64,000 bases of DNA from Squalus acanthias (Eukaryota). The stretch is taken from positions 101,682,001 to 101,746,000 of the forward strand of contig CM059431.1 in NCBI GenBank assembly GCA_030390025.1, written 5' to 3'. Each line of letters starts with the position of its first letter. Within the stretch, counting starts at the first letter, position 1. Below the pieces are notes generated by a model, which was given only the letters and a program-made list of their open reading frames with translations, ran no database searches and had not been told where the DNA came from. A program made the translations under genes and the position numbers. Of the stretch, positions 1-11,664 are shown in pieces.

Positions 1-320
1 TGTTTGATGATCGCTCCTGTGAAGCGCCGCGGGACGTTTTACTACATTAAAGGCGCTATATAAATAGAAGTGGTTGTTGGAGAGCCATCACATTCCAACA
101 GAAATGTGCTCAGATTCTGCGTCCAACAAGCTTGATCGTGTCATCAAAAATGTACATTTATTTTCCTTTAAGTTTTCTCCCTTCACTTGCTCTCTTGCCA
201 GCTTTGATTCCTTGCTGGAGCCATAATTACAGAGGCACTGGTTCCGTCCAGTGTCTGCTTCAAAGAGCCGTTATTTATCCGTGAGGCTTGACAGTAAGTG
301 TTCGGCAATTTGTCAGTGAG

Positions 321-919
321 GACAACAACAACAATAACAACTTGCATTTATATAATGCCTTTAAAACATCCCAAGGTGCTTCACAGGAGTGATTATCGAA
401 CAAAACTTGACACCGAGCCACATAAGGAGAGACTAAAAGCTTGGACAAAGAGGTAGGTTTTAAGAAGAGTCTTAAAGGATCAGGGGAGGTTTCGGGAGGG
501 AATTCCAGAGCTTGGGGCCTATACAGCTGAAGGCACGGCCGCCGATGGTGGAGCGAAGGAAATCGAATACGTGCAAGAGACCAGAATTGGAGGAGCGCAG
601 AGATCTCGGGGCCGGGGGGGTGGGGGTGGCGATGGCGGCGGTTTTCGGGCTGGAGGAGGTTACAGAGTGCCAAACCGGGAGCCGATGTAGGTCAGCGAGC
701 ACAGGGGGTGATGGCTGAACGGGACTTGGTGCGAGATAGGATACGGGCAGCAGAGTTTTGGATGAGCTCAAGTTTACAGAGAGTGTAAGATGGGAGGCCG
801 GCCAGTTGTGCGTTGGAGTAGTTGAGTCTAGAGGTAACAAATGCATGGATGGGGGTTTCAGCAGCGGATGAGCTGAGGCAGGTGTGGAGACGGGCGATGT
901 TACGGAGGTGGAAATACAA
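321..919 (-). mobile_element. L2-clade LINE 3' fragment
   Basis: Peptide YFHLRNIARL...IHAFVTSRLNYSN..LAGLP...LELIQNSAARIL, typical of L2/CR1-fish RT C-termini; tail ggcattatataaatgcaag(ttg)n. Similar fragments lie near 1-80, 9710-9965, 13558-13870, 14470-15065, 27470-27685, 35955-36615, 37630-37970, 39100-39415, 44465-44830 and 49135-49520. Confidence 0.8.
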
Positions 920-2602
920 CTGAGACTGATCCCGAACTTCCCTTACACTGCCCGTCCCCCGTCCCCCCCCACATGTACTTTCTCAAACTGGGTCACAGGA
1001 TAGCCGTCAGCATTGGGAACGCTGGCAGATATTTGTCCCCTTTTTAACCCAGAAACAATGAGTAGAATTGCAGTGCCCTGGCCCAGATCGGCTCACTCGA
1101 CACAGAACATAAGAAATAGGAGCAGGAGTCGGCCATTCGGCCCCTCGAGCCTGCTCCGCCATTCAATAAGATCATGGCTGATCTTCTACCTCATCTCCAG
1201 TTTCCTGCACTATCCCCATATCCCTTGATTCCCCATGAGTCCAAAAATCTATCGATCTCAGTCTTGAATATACTCAACGGCTCAGCCTCCACAGCCCTCT
1301 GGGGCAGAGAATTCCGTAGATTCACCACCCTCTGAGTGAAGGAATTCCTCCTCACCTCATCTTAAATGACCGACCCCTTATCCTGAGACTGTGACCCCTG
1401 GTTCTAGACTCTCCAGCCAGGGGAAAACAACCTCTCAGCATCTACCCTGTCATGCCCTTTAAGAATTTTATACATTTCAATGAGATCACCTAAACAGAGT
1501 TAAAGAAAGAAATACTTGCATTTCTATAGCGCCTTTCACAACCACCGGACATCCTAAAGCGCTTTACGGCCAATGAAGTATTTTTGAAGTGTAGTCACTG
1601 TTGTAATGTAGGAAACGCGGCAGGCAATTTGCGCACAGCAAGCTCCCACAAACAGCAATGTGATAATGACCGGATAATCTGTTTTTGTTATGTTGGTTGA
1701 GGGATAAATATTGGCCCAGGACACCGGGGAGAACTCACCTGCTCTTCTTCGAAATAGTGGCCGTGGGAGCTTTTACATCCGCCCGAGAGGGCAGACGGGG
1801 CCTCGGTTTAACGTCTCATGCGAAAGACGAATTGAACCTGGAGTTTACCTGCTCTGGGTAGCTCAACTGCACGTTGGCTAGACTCGATCTGCTGACCAAC
1901 TTGCAAAGCGACAATAATATTTAAAAAAGTGACTGCTTCACCTGAATACGGTGACTCATACAATTTTATGCTGCATAAGTTAGTAGTTACATACCATTAT
2001 CAAGGAGATCGGGGATCTCTTGATGATGTTGGGGGCGTGGAAGTCACGCAAACGTATTCCCTACCTCCTGCCCCCCTCCCCCACCACCCCTGCAGGCCCA
2101 GGAAGATCGGGCTAATTGTGCCTCTGCTGATTCTGTGGCCAAGGTCAATTAACGCAGCTCAGACCAAGGACTGAATTCAGGGCCTTTCTCTCCTTTACAT
2201 CTGGAGGTCTTCTATGCCCTCTTGTATCACACGTCCGTGTTGGGTTTGTCAGGATGGCTAACTTAGAAAGTTACTTTTCCTGTAACAGAAGTTAATTTCT
2301 TTTTACACTTTTGAAAATAAGAGCAGATGTCAAAGATCAAAATCAGCTCATTTAAGAGGCCGAGTTAATAAAGAACATAAGAACATAAGAAATAGGAGCA
2401 GGAGTAGGCCAATCGGCCCCTCGAGCCTGCTCCGCCATTCAATAAGATCATGGCTGATCTGATCCTAACCGCCAATCTACTATCACAGAACCATCTCCTG
2501 CATCTAACAGAATTGCACACACGAAATAGGAGCAGAATCAGGCTACACGGTCCCTGGGCCCGCTCCACTATCCACAGGGCCATGACCGATCCGAACCTAG
2601 AC

Positions 2603-5554
2603 TCATGTCCAAATTCCTGCCCGCTCCCCGTAACCCTTAATGCCCTTTACTTCTAGGAAACTGTCTATTTCTGTTTTAAATTTATTTAATGATGTAGCTT
2701 CTACAGCTTTTTGTGGCAGCATATTCCATGGACCTACCACCCTCTGAGTGAAGTAGTTCCTCCTCATCTCAGTTTTGAAAGAGCAGCCCCTTATTCTAAG
2801 ACTATGTCCCCTAGTTCTAGTCTCACCCGTCATCGGAAACATCCTCCCCGCATCCACCCGATCCAACCCCTTCACAATCTTATATGTTTCAATAAGATCG
2901 CCTCTCATTCTTCTGAACTCCAATGAGTAGAGTCCCAATCTACCCAACCTCTCCTCATATGACCACCCCCTCATCCCCGGGATTAACCGAGTGAACCTTT
3001 TTTGCACTGCCTCGAGAGCAAGGATGTCTTTCCTTAAGTAAGGACACCAAAACTGTATGCAGTATTCCAGGTGCGGTCTCACCAATACCTTGTACAACTG
3101 AAGCAATACCTCCCTATTTTTATATTCTATCCCCCTAGCAATGAAAGCCAACATTCCATTTGCCTTCTTAATCACTTGCTGCACCTGCATACTAACCTTT
3201 TGAGTTTCGTGCACCAGGACCCCCAGATCCCTTTGCACTTCAGTACTCTCCAGTTTCTTGCCATTAAGATAATAAATTGCTCTAGGATTTTTCCTGCCAA
3301 AGTGCATCACCTCACACTTTCCAGTGTTGTATTCCATCTGCCAAATCTCTGCCCACTTACTTAGCCTGTCTATGTCCCCTTGCAGGTTTTTTATGTCCTC
3401 CTCACTCACTACTTTCCCTCCCATCTTTGTATCATCTGCAAATTTTGATATGTTACACTTGGTCCCTTCCTCCAAATCGTTAATATAGATTGTGAAGAGT
3501 TGGGGACCCAGCACTGACCCCTGTGGAACACCACTAGTTACTGATTGCCAGTCTGAGAATGAACCATTTATCCCAACTCTTTGCTTTCTGTTAGATAGCC
3601 AATCCTCTATCCATGCCAGAATATTACCCCCAATCCCGTGATTTTTTACCTTAAGCAATAATCTTTTGTGTGGCACCTTGTCAAATGCCTTTTGGAAGTC
3701 TAAATACACTACGTCCACTGGTTCCCCTTTATCCACTCTATATGTTACTTCCTCAAAGAACTCCAGCAAATTTGTCAAACATGACTTCCCCTTCGTAAAA
3801 CCATGCTGACTTTGTCCTATTAAATTATGATTATCCAAATGTCCTGTTACTGTTTCCTTAATAATGGACTCCAAAATTTTACCTACCACAGATGTTAGGC
3901 TAACCGGTCTATAGTTACCAGCCTTCTGTCTACTGCCCTTTTTAAATAAGGGTGTTACATTAGCAGTTTTCCAGTCTGCCGGGACCTTAGCGGAATCCAG
4001 GGAGTTTTGAAAAATTATTACCAATGCATCTACAATCCCTACCGCCACTTCCTTCAAGACTCTAGGATGTAAGCCATCAGGTCCAGGTGATTTATCCGCC
4101 TTGAGTCCCATTATTTTACCGAGTACCACTTCCTTAGTGATTTTGATCGTGTTTAGCTCCTCTCCCCCTATAGCCCCCTGTTTGTCCAGTGTTGGGATAT
4201 TCTTAGTGTCCTCTACTGTAAAGACTGATACAAAATATTCATTCAGTGTTTTTGCCATCTCCATATTTCCCACCATTAATTTCCCGGTCTCATCCTCTAA
4301 GGGACCAACATTTACTTTAGCCACCCTTTTTCTTTTTATATAACTATAAAAACTCCTACTATCTGTTTTTATATTTTTTGCTAATTTACTTTCATAATCT
4401 ATCTTCCCTTTCTTAATCAATCTTTTTGTTATTTTTTGCTGCCTTTTAAAGTTTTCCCAATCCTCTGTCCTCCCACTAGATTTCGCTACCTTATATGCCC
4501 TTGTTTTTAGTCGAATACTATCCTTAATTTCTTTACTTAGCCACGGATGACTGTCCTTTCTTTTACACCCTTTTCTTTTCAGTGGAATATATTTTTTTTG
4601 GAAGTTGTAAAATAACTCCTTGAATGTACACCACTGATCATGTGTCGTCTTACCCTTTAATCTATTTTCCCAATCCACTCTACTCAATTCCGCTCGCATA
4701 CCTTCATAGTCTCCTTTATTCAAGCTTAGCACGCTTGTTTGAGATCCAACCTTCTCACCCTCTAATTGAATATGGAATTCAACCATGTTATGGTCACTCA
4801 TTCCAAGGGGATCCTTTACTAGGACATTTTTAATTAATCCTGTCTCGTTACACAGGACCAGATCTAAGGTTGCTTGCCCCCTGGTCGGTTCAGTTACATA
4901 CTGCTCAAGAAACCCATCCCTAATACACTCAATGAACTCATCCTCAAGGCAGCCCTGCCCCATTTGATTTGTCCAATTAATATGATAGTTAAAATCCCCC
5001 ATAATTATAGATGTTCCCTTATTACATGCCTCAACTATTTCCTGATTGATACTCCGTCCAACAGAGTTGCAACTGTTCGGAGGCCTATAGACTACGCCCA
5101 CTAGTGTTTTTTTCCCCTTATTATTCCTTATCTCCACCCAAACTGTTTCATTATCATGATTTTTTGACCCAATATCATTACTCTGTATTACAGTGATTCC
5201 TTCCTTTATTAACACAGCCACCCCACCTCCCCTTCCTTCCTGCCTGTCCTTCCTGATCGTTAAATAACCTGGTATGTTTAATTCCCAGGCATTGTCACCC
5301 TGCAGCCATGTTTCTGTAATGGCCACAATATCATAACCATATGTAGTTATTTGTGCCATTAACTCGTCTATTTTGTTACGAATGCTACGTGCATTCAGAT
5401 AGAGAACTTTCAAATATGCTTTGTGGCACTTAGTTCCTGCTTTTTCACTTTTTACCACTTTACCTTTTACTCCACACACTCTGTCCCTTCCTGCCACGCT
5501 CTGATTTGTGATTCCCCTACTGCTACCTATGTCTATGACCCTCTCTGTTGTCAT
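2603..5554 (-). CDS. CR1 ORF2: APE endonuclease plus reverse transcriptase (983 aa, uninterrupted)
   Basis: Endonuclease motifs YLNARS, ITETWL, VYRPP, MGDFN, LDLV and SDH; RT motifs YLDFQKAFDKV, GVPQGSVLGP and FADD. Confidence 0.95.
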   Translation of the reverse strand: MTTERVIDIGSSRGITNQSVAGRDRVCGVKGKVVKSEKAGTKCHKAYLKVLYLNARSIRNKIDELMAQITTYGYDIVAITETWLQGDNAWELNIPGYLTIRKDRQEGRGGGVAVLIKEGITVIQSNDIGSKNHDNETVWVEIRNNKGKKTLVGVVYRPPNSCNSVGRSINQEIVEACNKGTSIIMGDFNYHINWTNQMGQGCLEDEFIECIRDGFLEQYVTEPTRGQATLDLVLCNETGLIKNVLVKDPLGMSDHNMVEFHIQLEGEKVGSQTSVLSLNKGDYEGMRAELSRVDWENRLKGKTTHDQWCTFKELFYNFQKKYIPLKRKGCKRKDSHPWLSKEIKDSIRLKTRAYKVAKSSGRTEDWENFKRQQKITKRLIKKGKIDYESKLAKNIKTDSRSFYSYIKRKRVAKVNVGPLEDETGKLMVGNMEMAKTLNEYFVSVFTVEDTKNIPTLDKQGAIGGEELNTIKITKEVVLGKIMGLKADKSPGPDGLHPRVLKEVAVGIVDALVIIFQNSLDSAKVPADWKTANVTPLFKKGSRQKAGNYRPVSLTSVVGKILESIIKETVTGHLDNHNLIGQSQHGFTKGKSCLTNLLEFFEEVTYRVDKGEPVDVVYLDFQKAFDKVPHKRLLLKVKNHGIGGNILAWIEDWLSNRKQRVGINGSFSDWQSVTSGVPQGSVLGPQLFTIYINDLEEGTKCNISKFADDTKMGGKVVSEEDIKNLQGDIDRLSKWAEIWQMEYNTGKCEVMHFGRKNPRAIYYLNGKKLESTEVQRDLGVLVHETQKVSMQVQQVIKKANGMLAFIARGIEYKNREVLLQLYKVLVRPHLEYCIQFWCPYLRKDILALEAVQKRFTRLIPGMRGWSYEERLGRLGLYSLEFRRMRGDLIETYKIVKGLDRVDAGRMFPMTGETRTRGHSLRIRGCSFKTEMRRNYFTQRVVGPWNMLPQKAVEATSLNKFKTEIDSFLEVKGIKGYGERAGIWT

Positions 5555-5592
5555 TTTTATTTTTTGCTCTCTTGAAACCTCCCCCCCACTAA

Positions 5593-6141
5593 TTAGTTTA
5601 AAGCCCTCTCCACAGCCCTAGTTATTCGATTCGCCAGGACACTAGTCCCAGCACTGGCCAAGTGAAGTCCGTCCCAACGGAACAGCTCTCTCCTGCCCCA
5701 GTACTGGTGCCAGTGTCCCAAGAAGCAAAACCCATTTTTCCCACACCAGTCTTTGAGCCACGCATTCAACTCCCTGATTTTATTTACCCTAGCCAAATTT
5801 GCTCGTGGCTCAGGTAGTAATCCAGAGATTATTACCCTCGAGGTTCTGCTTTTTAATTTGGCCCCTAGCTGCTCAAACTCCCTCAGCAGAACCTCTTTCC
5901 TTGTCCTATCTATGTCATTGGTACCAACATGGACCACGACAACTGGATCCTCCCCCTCCCACTCCAAGTTTCTCTCCAGCCCAGAGGAGATGTCCTTAAC
6001 CCTGGCACCGGGCAGGCAACACAGCCTTCGGGACTCTCGCTCTTGGCTGCAAAGAACCCTATCTATCCCCCTAATGATACTATCCCCTACCACTACAACA
6101 TTTCTTTTTACTCCCCCCACTTGAATGGCCCCCCTTACCAC
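5593..6141 (-). CDS. CR1 ORF1 C-terminal SGNH/GDSL esterase domain (5'-truncated)
   Basis: VVVGDSI, CLPGA, HVGTND and DGLHL motifs; ends ERALN-stop. Confidence 0.9.
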   Translation of the reverse strand: MVRGAIQVGGVKRNVVVVGDSIIRGIDRVLCSQERESRRLCCLPGARVKDISSGLERNLEWEGEDPVVVVHVGTNDIDRTRKEVLLREFEQLGAKLKSRTSRVIISGLLPEPRANLARVNKIRELNAWLKDWCGKNGFCFLGHWHQYWGRRELFRWDGLHLASAGTSVLANRITRAVERALN

Positions 6142-7219
6142 GGTGCTGTGGCCAGGTTGCTCATCCTCCCTAAAGAAAATGGAACTTGATTGTATATTCC
6201 AGGCTGAGAACGATAGATTTTTGAACTCTAGGGGAATCGAGGGATATGGAGATCGGGGGGGGGGGGGGGGGGGGGGGGGGGAAAGTGGAGTTGAGGTCGA
6301 TGATCAGCCATGATCTTATTGAATGGCGGAGCAGGCTCGAGGGGCCGTACGGCCGACTCCTGCTCCTAATTCTTATGTTCTTATGACTGAAGTATCAAAA
6401 ATAAAAGCATTCCATGTGTCAGAATCATTCTGTACTGAAGTTCGGAAATTTATAGGAAATAATGATATGCTAATCACAGGCAAGAAAGCAACCAAACGTG
6501 TTACAATGCCTTTCAAGCTCTACTGCGGCCAAAAAAATTCTTCACATTCGTTCATCAGACAGAAAAAGCTCTCAAGTGGTTCTCCTTTTATCTATCTCCC
6601 CTTGCGATTAGTAATTTGAGGTGCAGCAGAGTGTTATTTGTGATGCCAGATACCTATGGAGCAAAACTAAACCGAGCACTGCTTAAAAATTGGATGTGAA
6701 AAAGTTCAAACAGTCACTGTACAGAACAAAAGCAATGAAACTCTCAGTCTCTGTCTCTGATTGAGAGTGGCGGCTGGGACCTCGACTTTGAAGAAGCTTT
6801 GGGTGGGGGGAAGCAGTAACACAATATGCTGCTTTAAGTAGGTTTGAGATATTTGACAACAGGTGCAGAAGGTGTTATACAATCCTGGTTGGGTCAAAGA
6901 ACAACAAACCTGCAACGTTCAGGCACTAATAAATCCGATAGGGAATTCGGGAGAAACTTCTTTACCCAGAGAGTGGTGAGAATGTGGAACTCGCTACCAC
7001 AGGGAGTGGTTGAAGCGAATAGTATGGATGCATTTAAGGGGAAGCTGGATAAACACATGAGGGAAAAGGGAATAGAAGGTTATGCTGATAGAGTGAGATG
7101 ATGTCGTGGTGGGAGGAGGCTCGAGTGGAGCATAAACACCGGCATAGACATGTTGGGCGGAATGGCCTGTTTCTGTGCTGTACATTCTATGCAAAAGGCA
7201 GTTGCACATTTTATGATGA

Positions 7220-7822
7220 CCATTCCACCATCTACAAGGCGAGTGTCTCACCTTCTGACTCCCCAAAGCCTTTCCACCATCTACAAGGCACAAGTAAGGA
7301 GTGTGATGGAATACTCTCCACTTGCCTGGGTGAGTGCAGCTCCAACAACACTCAAAAAGCTCGACACCATCCAGGACAAAGCAGCCCGCTTGATTGGCAC
7401 CCCATCCACCACCTTAAACATTCACTCCCTCCACCACCGACGTACCGTGGCTGCAGTGTGTACCATCTACAAGATGCACTGCAGCAACTCGCCAAGGCTT
7501 CTTCGGCAGCACCTCCCAAACCCACGACCTCTTCCACCGAGAAGGACAAGGGCAGCAGGCTCATGGGAACACCACCACCTGCAAGTTACCCTCCCAGTCC
7601 ACACACCATCCTGACTTGGAAATATATCGGCCGTTCCTTCATCGTCGCTGGGTCAAAATCCTGGAACTCCCTCTCTAACAGCACTGTGGGAGTACCTTCA
7701 CCACACGGACTGCAGCGGTTCAAGAAGGCGGCTCACCACCATCTTCTCAAGGGCAACTAGGGATGGACAATAAATGCTGGCCTTGCCAGCGATGCCCACA
7801 TCCCAAGAATGTATAAAAAAAA
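7220..7822 (+). mobile_element. Non-LTR retrotransposon 3' fragment of a different family (CR1/Jockey-superclade-like RT C-terminus)
   Basis: TIYKAQVRSVMEYSPLAW...LDTIQDKAARLI...SLHHRRTVAA; tail ggatggacaataaatgctggcc. A second copy is on the - strand at about 55545-56335. Confidence 0.7.
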
Positions 7823-9084
7823 GTAGCATGATCATGCTTTTCTTAACATGGTGATGTCTTGCTGTGTCTTTTCTTGTAGTTCCGTGGTGAATAACAATTT
7901 CTCATGCTCGGTTTGTGAATTGCTTGCTGTCTCTCTGAAGGAGATCATTGTTATATTTTCCAATCTAATGTCTTATCTTAAACAATTGGCAAGTCTGTTT
8001 CTGATAATAGATGTTTGCTAGCTTTCCAACAATTAGCGAAGCAGTATCTTATCCGAAGGCAGAGTATAATTGTTAGATTTCACTAGCTGGAGTTGCAGTC
8101 CCTGGCTGGTTTGTGAACAAGGCCCAAATGAACAGAGATTTTTCAAGCAAGTTTCATTTTTGTAAAGGTCTTATCCTGGCACGGTTAGGTGGGCAGTGTT
8201 TATACACGTACTGCAGTTATGTGGAGAGACTGGAGAAGCTGGGATTGTTCTCTGTAGAGCAGAGAAGGTTCAGGGGAGATTTTTTGGAGGTGTTCAAAAT
8301 TATTAAAGGTTTTAATAAGAATAAATAAGGAGAAACTGTTTCCAGTGGCAGGAGGGTCGGTAACCAGAGGACACAGAATTAAGGTGATTGGCAAAAGAAC
8401 CAGAGGGGAGATAAGGAGAATTATTTTTACGCAGCGAGTTGTTGTGATCTGGAATGCGCTGCCTGAAAGGGCGGTGGAAGCAGATTCAATAGTAACTTTC
8501 AAAAGGGGGGGAATTGGATAAATACTTGAAAGGGAAAAATTTGCAGGGCTATCGGGAAAGAGCAGGGGGGAGTGGGACTAATTGGAGAGCTCGTTCAAAG
8601 AGCCGGTACAGGCACGATGGGCCAAATGGCCTCCTCCTGTACTGTGTGATGTAACGTGATCAGAGTGGAGTATGGTCACTTTGTGAATAGAAATATTGAT
8701 TGCGTACAAGACGTGACATAAATAAAATAAATTATTTTAATATTTTCTTTTCAGCACATATTGGATTAAGTCATTTAGTCATCCAGGGGGGGAAAAAAAG
8801 GGATCCTGATCTTTTTAGGAGACCTTTGGGTAAAACCATGTGGTTTTCCTCTTCTCCTCCCAAGTTTGCATCTTCAATTTTTTTTGCTTTCTTGTTCCCA
8901 TCCCCATATTTATCACCCGTACTGCTCCAGCCCGAAGGAGATAAATTGTTCATGCAAATAATCTTCAAAATGGCACAGAAATGTTCTGTTAAATTAAGGA
9001 GTATTTTAAGCTGTTGGTGTTTCCTCGCCTTGGCTCCAGGGCTTCAGTTTTACTTTCCATTCAGAAGCCCTTCTGTATCTGATA

Positions 9085-9685
9085 GATAGAAAGACTTACA
9101 TTTCTACAGCGCCTTTCACGACCACCGGACGTCCCAAAGCGCTTTACAGCCAATGAAGTACTTTGTTTTTGAAGTGTAGTCACTGTTGCAATGCAGGAAA
9201 TGTGGCAGCCAATTTGCGCACAGCAAGCTCCCACAAATAGCAATGTGATAATCTAGATGACCCGATAATCTGTTTTTGTGATGTTGATTGAGGGATAAAT
9301 ATTGGCCAGGACACCGGGGAGAACTCCCCTGCTCTTCTTAGAAATAAGTGCCATAGGATCTCTGAGAGGGCAGACGGGGCCTTGGTTTAATGTCTCAGCC
9401 GAAAGATGGCACTTCCGACAGTGCTGCACTCCCTCAGTACTGCCCCCCGACAGTGCAGCACTCCCTCAGTACTGCCCCTCCGACAGTGCAGCACTCCCTC
9501 AGTACTGCCCCTCCGACAGTGCAGCACTCCCTCAGTACTGCCCCTCCGACAGTGCTGCACTCCCTCAGTAATGCACTGGAGTAAAAGCCTGGCTTTTTGC
9601 GCTCAAGTCCCTGGAGTGGGATTTGAACCCACAACCTTCTGACTCAGAGGTGAGAGTGCGACCCACTGAACCACAGGCTGTCACA
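9085..9685 (-). mobile_element. tRNA-headed Deu-domain SINE (SacSINE1/AmnSINE-like) with about 5 units of the 33-bp repeat
   Basis: Same body as the 11665 copy; L2-type tail. Confidence 0.75.
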
Positions 9686-10171
9686 AACATTGGTGCCTCT
9701 ATTGGTTTCAACAATAGCAACTTGCATTTATATAGCGCCTTTAACGTAGTAAAACGTCCCAAGGCGCCGCACAGGAGCGATTATCAGACAAAATTTGACC
9801 TTGAGCCGACAAGGAGATATTAGGACAGGTGACTTGGGTCACAGAGGTAGGTTTTGAGGAGCTCCATAAAGGAGGAGAGTGAGGCGGAGAGGTTTATGGA
9901 AGGGAATTCCCGAGCTTGGGGGCCTTGGCAGCTGAAGGCACGGCCGCCAATAGTGGAGCGACTAAAAAGGTTGTCACGTTTCATTGCTACAGGGGTGGTT
10001 GAGATTAAATCACTGAGAGGTTCTAGTTTGAACGAAGGGTTCTCTTTCCACATTCTAGGAATAAGAAGGTTGACTTAGATTAGACAGCACCACTGGGAGC
10101 TATCTTTGGACGAAAACCAAACTTGGGCAAAGCTTAAAACACCCAAGAAAGTTCCCTCTTTCCTTTTCTAG

Positions 10172-10890
10172 ATTGATGGTGTTCAGAGGGACCTGGGTGT
10201 CCTTGTACAAGAATCACTGAAAGTTAACATGCAGGTACAGCAAGCAATTAGGAAAGCAAATGGTATGTTGGCATTTATTACAAGAGGATTTGAGTACAAG
10301 AGTAAAGACGTCTTACTGCAATTACATAGGGCCCTGGTGAGACCACACTTGGAGTACTGTGTACAGTTTTGGTCTCCTTACCTAAGGAAGGATATACTTG
10401 CCATAGAGGAAGTGCAACGAAGGTTCACCAGACTGGTTCCTGGGATGGGGGAATTGTCCTATGAGGAGAGATTGAGTAGACTAGGCCCATATTCTCTAGA
10501 GTTTAGAAGAATGAGCTGTGATCTCATTGAAACATACAAAATTCTTACAGGGCTTGACAGGGAGGATGTTTTCCCCTGGCTGGGGAGTCTAGAACCAGGG
10601 GTCACAGTCTCAGAATAAGGGGTCGGCCATTTAGGACTGAGATGAGGAGAAATTTCTTCACTCAGAGGGTGGTGAATCTTTGGAATTCTCTACCCCAGAG
10701 GGCTGTGGAGGCTCAGTCGTTGAGTATATTCAAGACAGAGATCTATAGATTTTTGAATATTAAGGGAATCAAGGGATATGGGGGTAGTGCAGGAAAGTGG
10801 AGTTGAGGTAGAAGATCAGCCATGATCTTATTGAATGGCGGAGCAGGCTCGAGGGGCCGAATGGCCGACTCCTGCTCCTAATTCTTATGT
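10172..10890 (+). mobile_element. CR1 3' fragment (representative of many short truncated copies)
   Basis: QVQQAIRKANGMLAFI...RPHLEYCVQFWSP plus CR1 3' UTR. Similar fragments lie at about 1105-1490, 6191-6385, 6925-7190, 8210-8650, 17415-18296, 19070-19594, 19628-20275, 20700-21050, 22705-23040, 27688-28340, 29706-30192, 37068-37440, 41488-41985, 44872-45446, 47943-48225, 50265-50742, 51421-52003, 54310-54875 and 59938-60190. Confidence 0.85.
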
Positions 10891-11664
10891 TGAGGCTATA
10901 ATTCTGTGCCCATCAGTGCCAGTCAGGTCCAGTGTTTGGAAATTAATACTAGAGGCAAAAGGAAGGAAGGGAGGGGAAGAGAGTCAGCGTCTGAATACAG
11001 GATCTTGTCGATTACATATTGAAGTACGTTCTGTAAGAACTGTTAATCTGCCAATGTTGAACAGTGCTTCATGATTCAATATTTAGGTTGTTTGGACTTA
11101 ATAGAGTGGATTATCAGCGATGTGGTTAAACATTGTTTGTGACAAAATAGGACTATTATTAAAGATTTTACAAACATCATTGGCCCTAGCATATGAGGCA
11201 ACTGTACCCAATGTAGAAAGTAATATTCAGATTGCTGGACTTAAATTGCAAACATCAATCAGTGCAACTCGAGTACTGAGTCTTGCATCCAGGCATGTTG
11301 CCAAAGTGGGACATGTTTTCTGCATTACTGCACAATATGCAGACTTCTGTAGCAGAGTTATCGTCATTAAGTGTGTTGTTCTTTGGAAATGCGCTAAGAG
11401 GAATCTGCACTCGGATCAAAGATAACAGGCTTCCCATTCGGGTGGTCCTTCATTATTTGTGCAACCACTTTGAACAAATAGCAATTTCCTCCATCAGGTG
11501 ACTTTCCTCACTTCCTCCTCTGCTTGATGCATCGAGCATATTTGTTGGAAGCCAGTCAGCGCACAAATATTTCCTAACTTGAATCCTGCAGCTACAGAGA
11601 GATCTTGGATTTTGGTTTTACGCAATACTTGAATGCATCTCACAGGCATTTAATTAAAAGGGTT

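Larger units (their letters stand above)
2369..6177 (-). mobile_element. Young CR1 LINE, 5'-truncated within ORF1; copy A
   Basis: Esterase ORF1 part, intact ORF2 and 3' UTR ending in (ttcttatg)n. Candidate 7-bp TSD taaagaa at 2369-2375 and 6171-6177. Confidence 0.93.

Noticed and set aside
2711..6189. Plus-strand short ORFs overlapping CR1 copy A (and similar ones over other LINEs)
   Set aside because: Antisense shadows of LINE coding sequence with no independent motifs.
6255..6282. Long poly-G run as a regulatory G-quadruplex
   Set aside because: Homopolymer expansion inside a CR1 3' fragment; length is unreliable and nothing suggests function.
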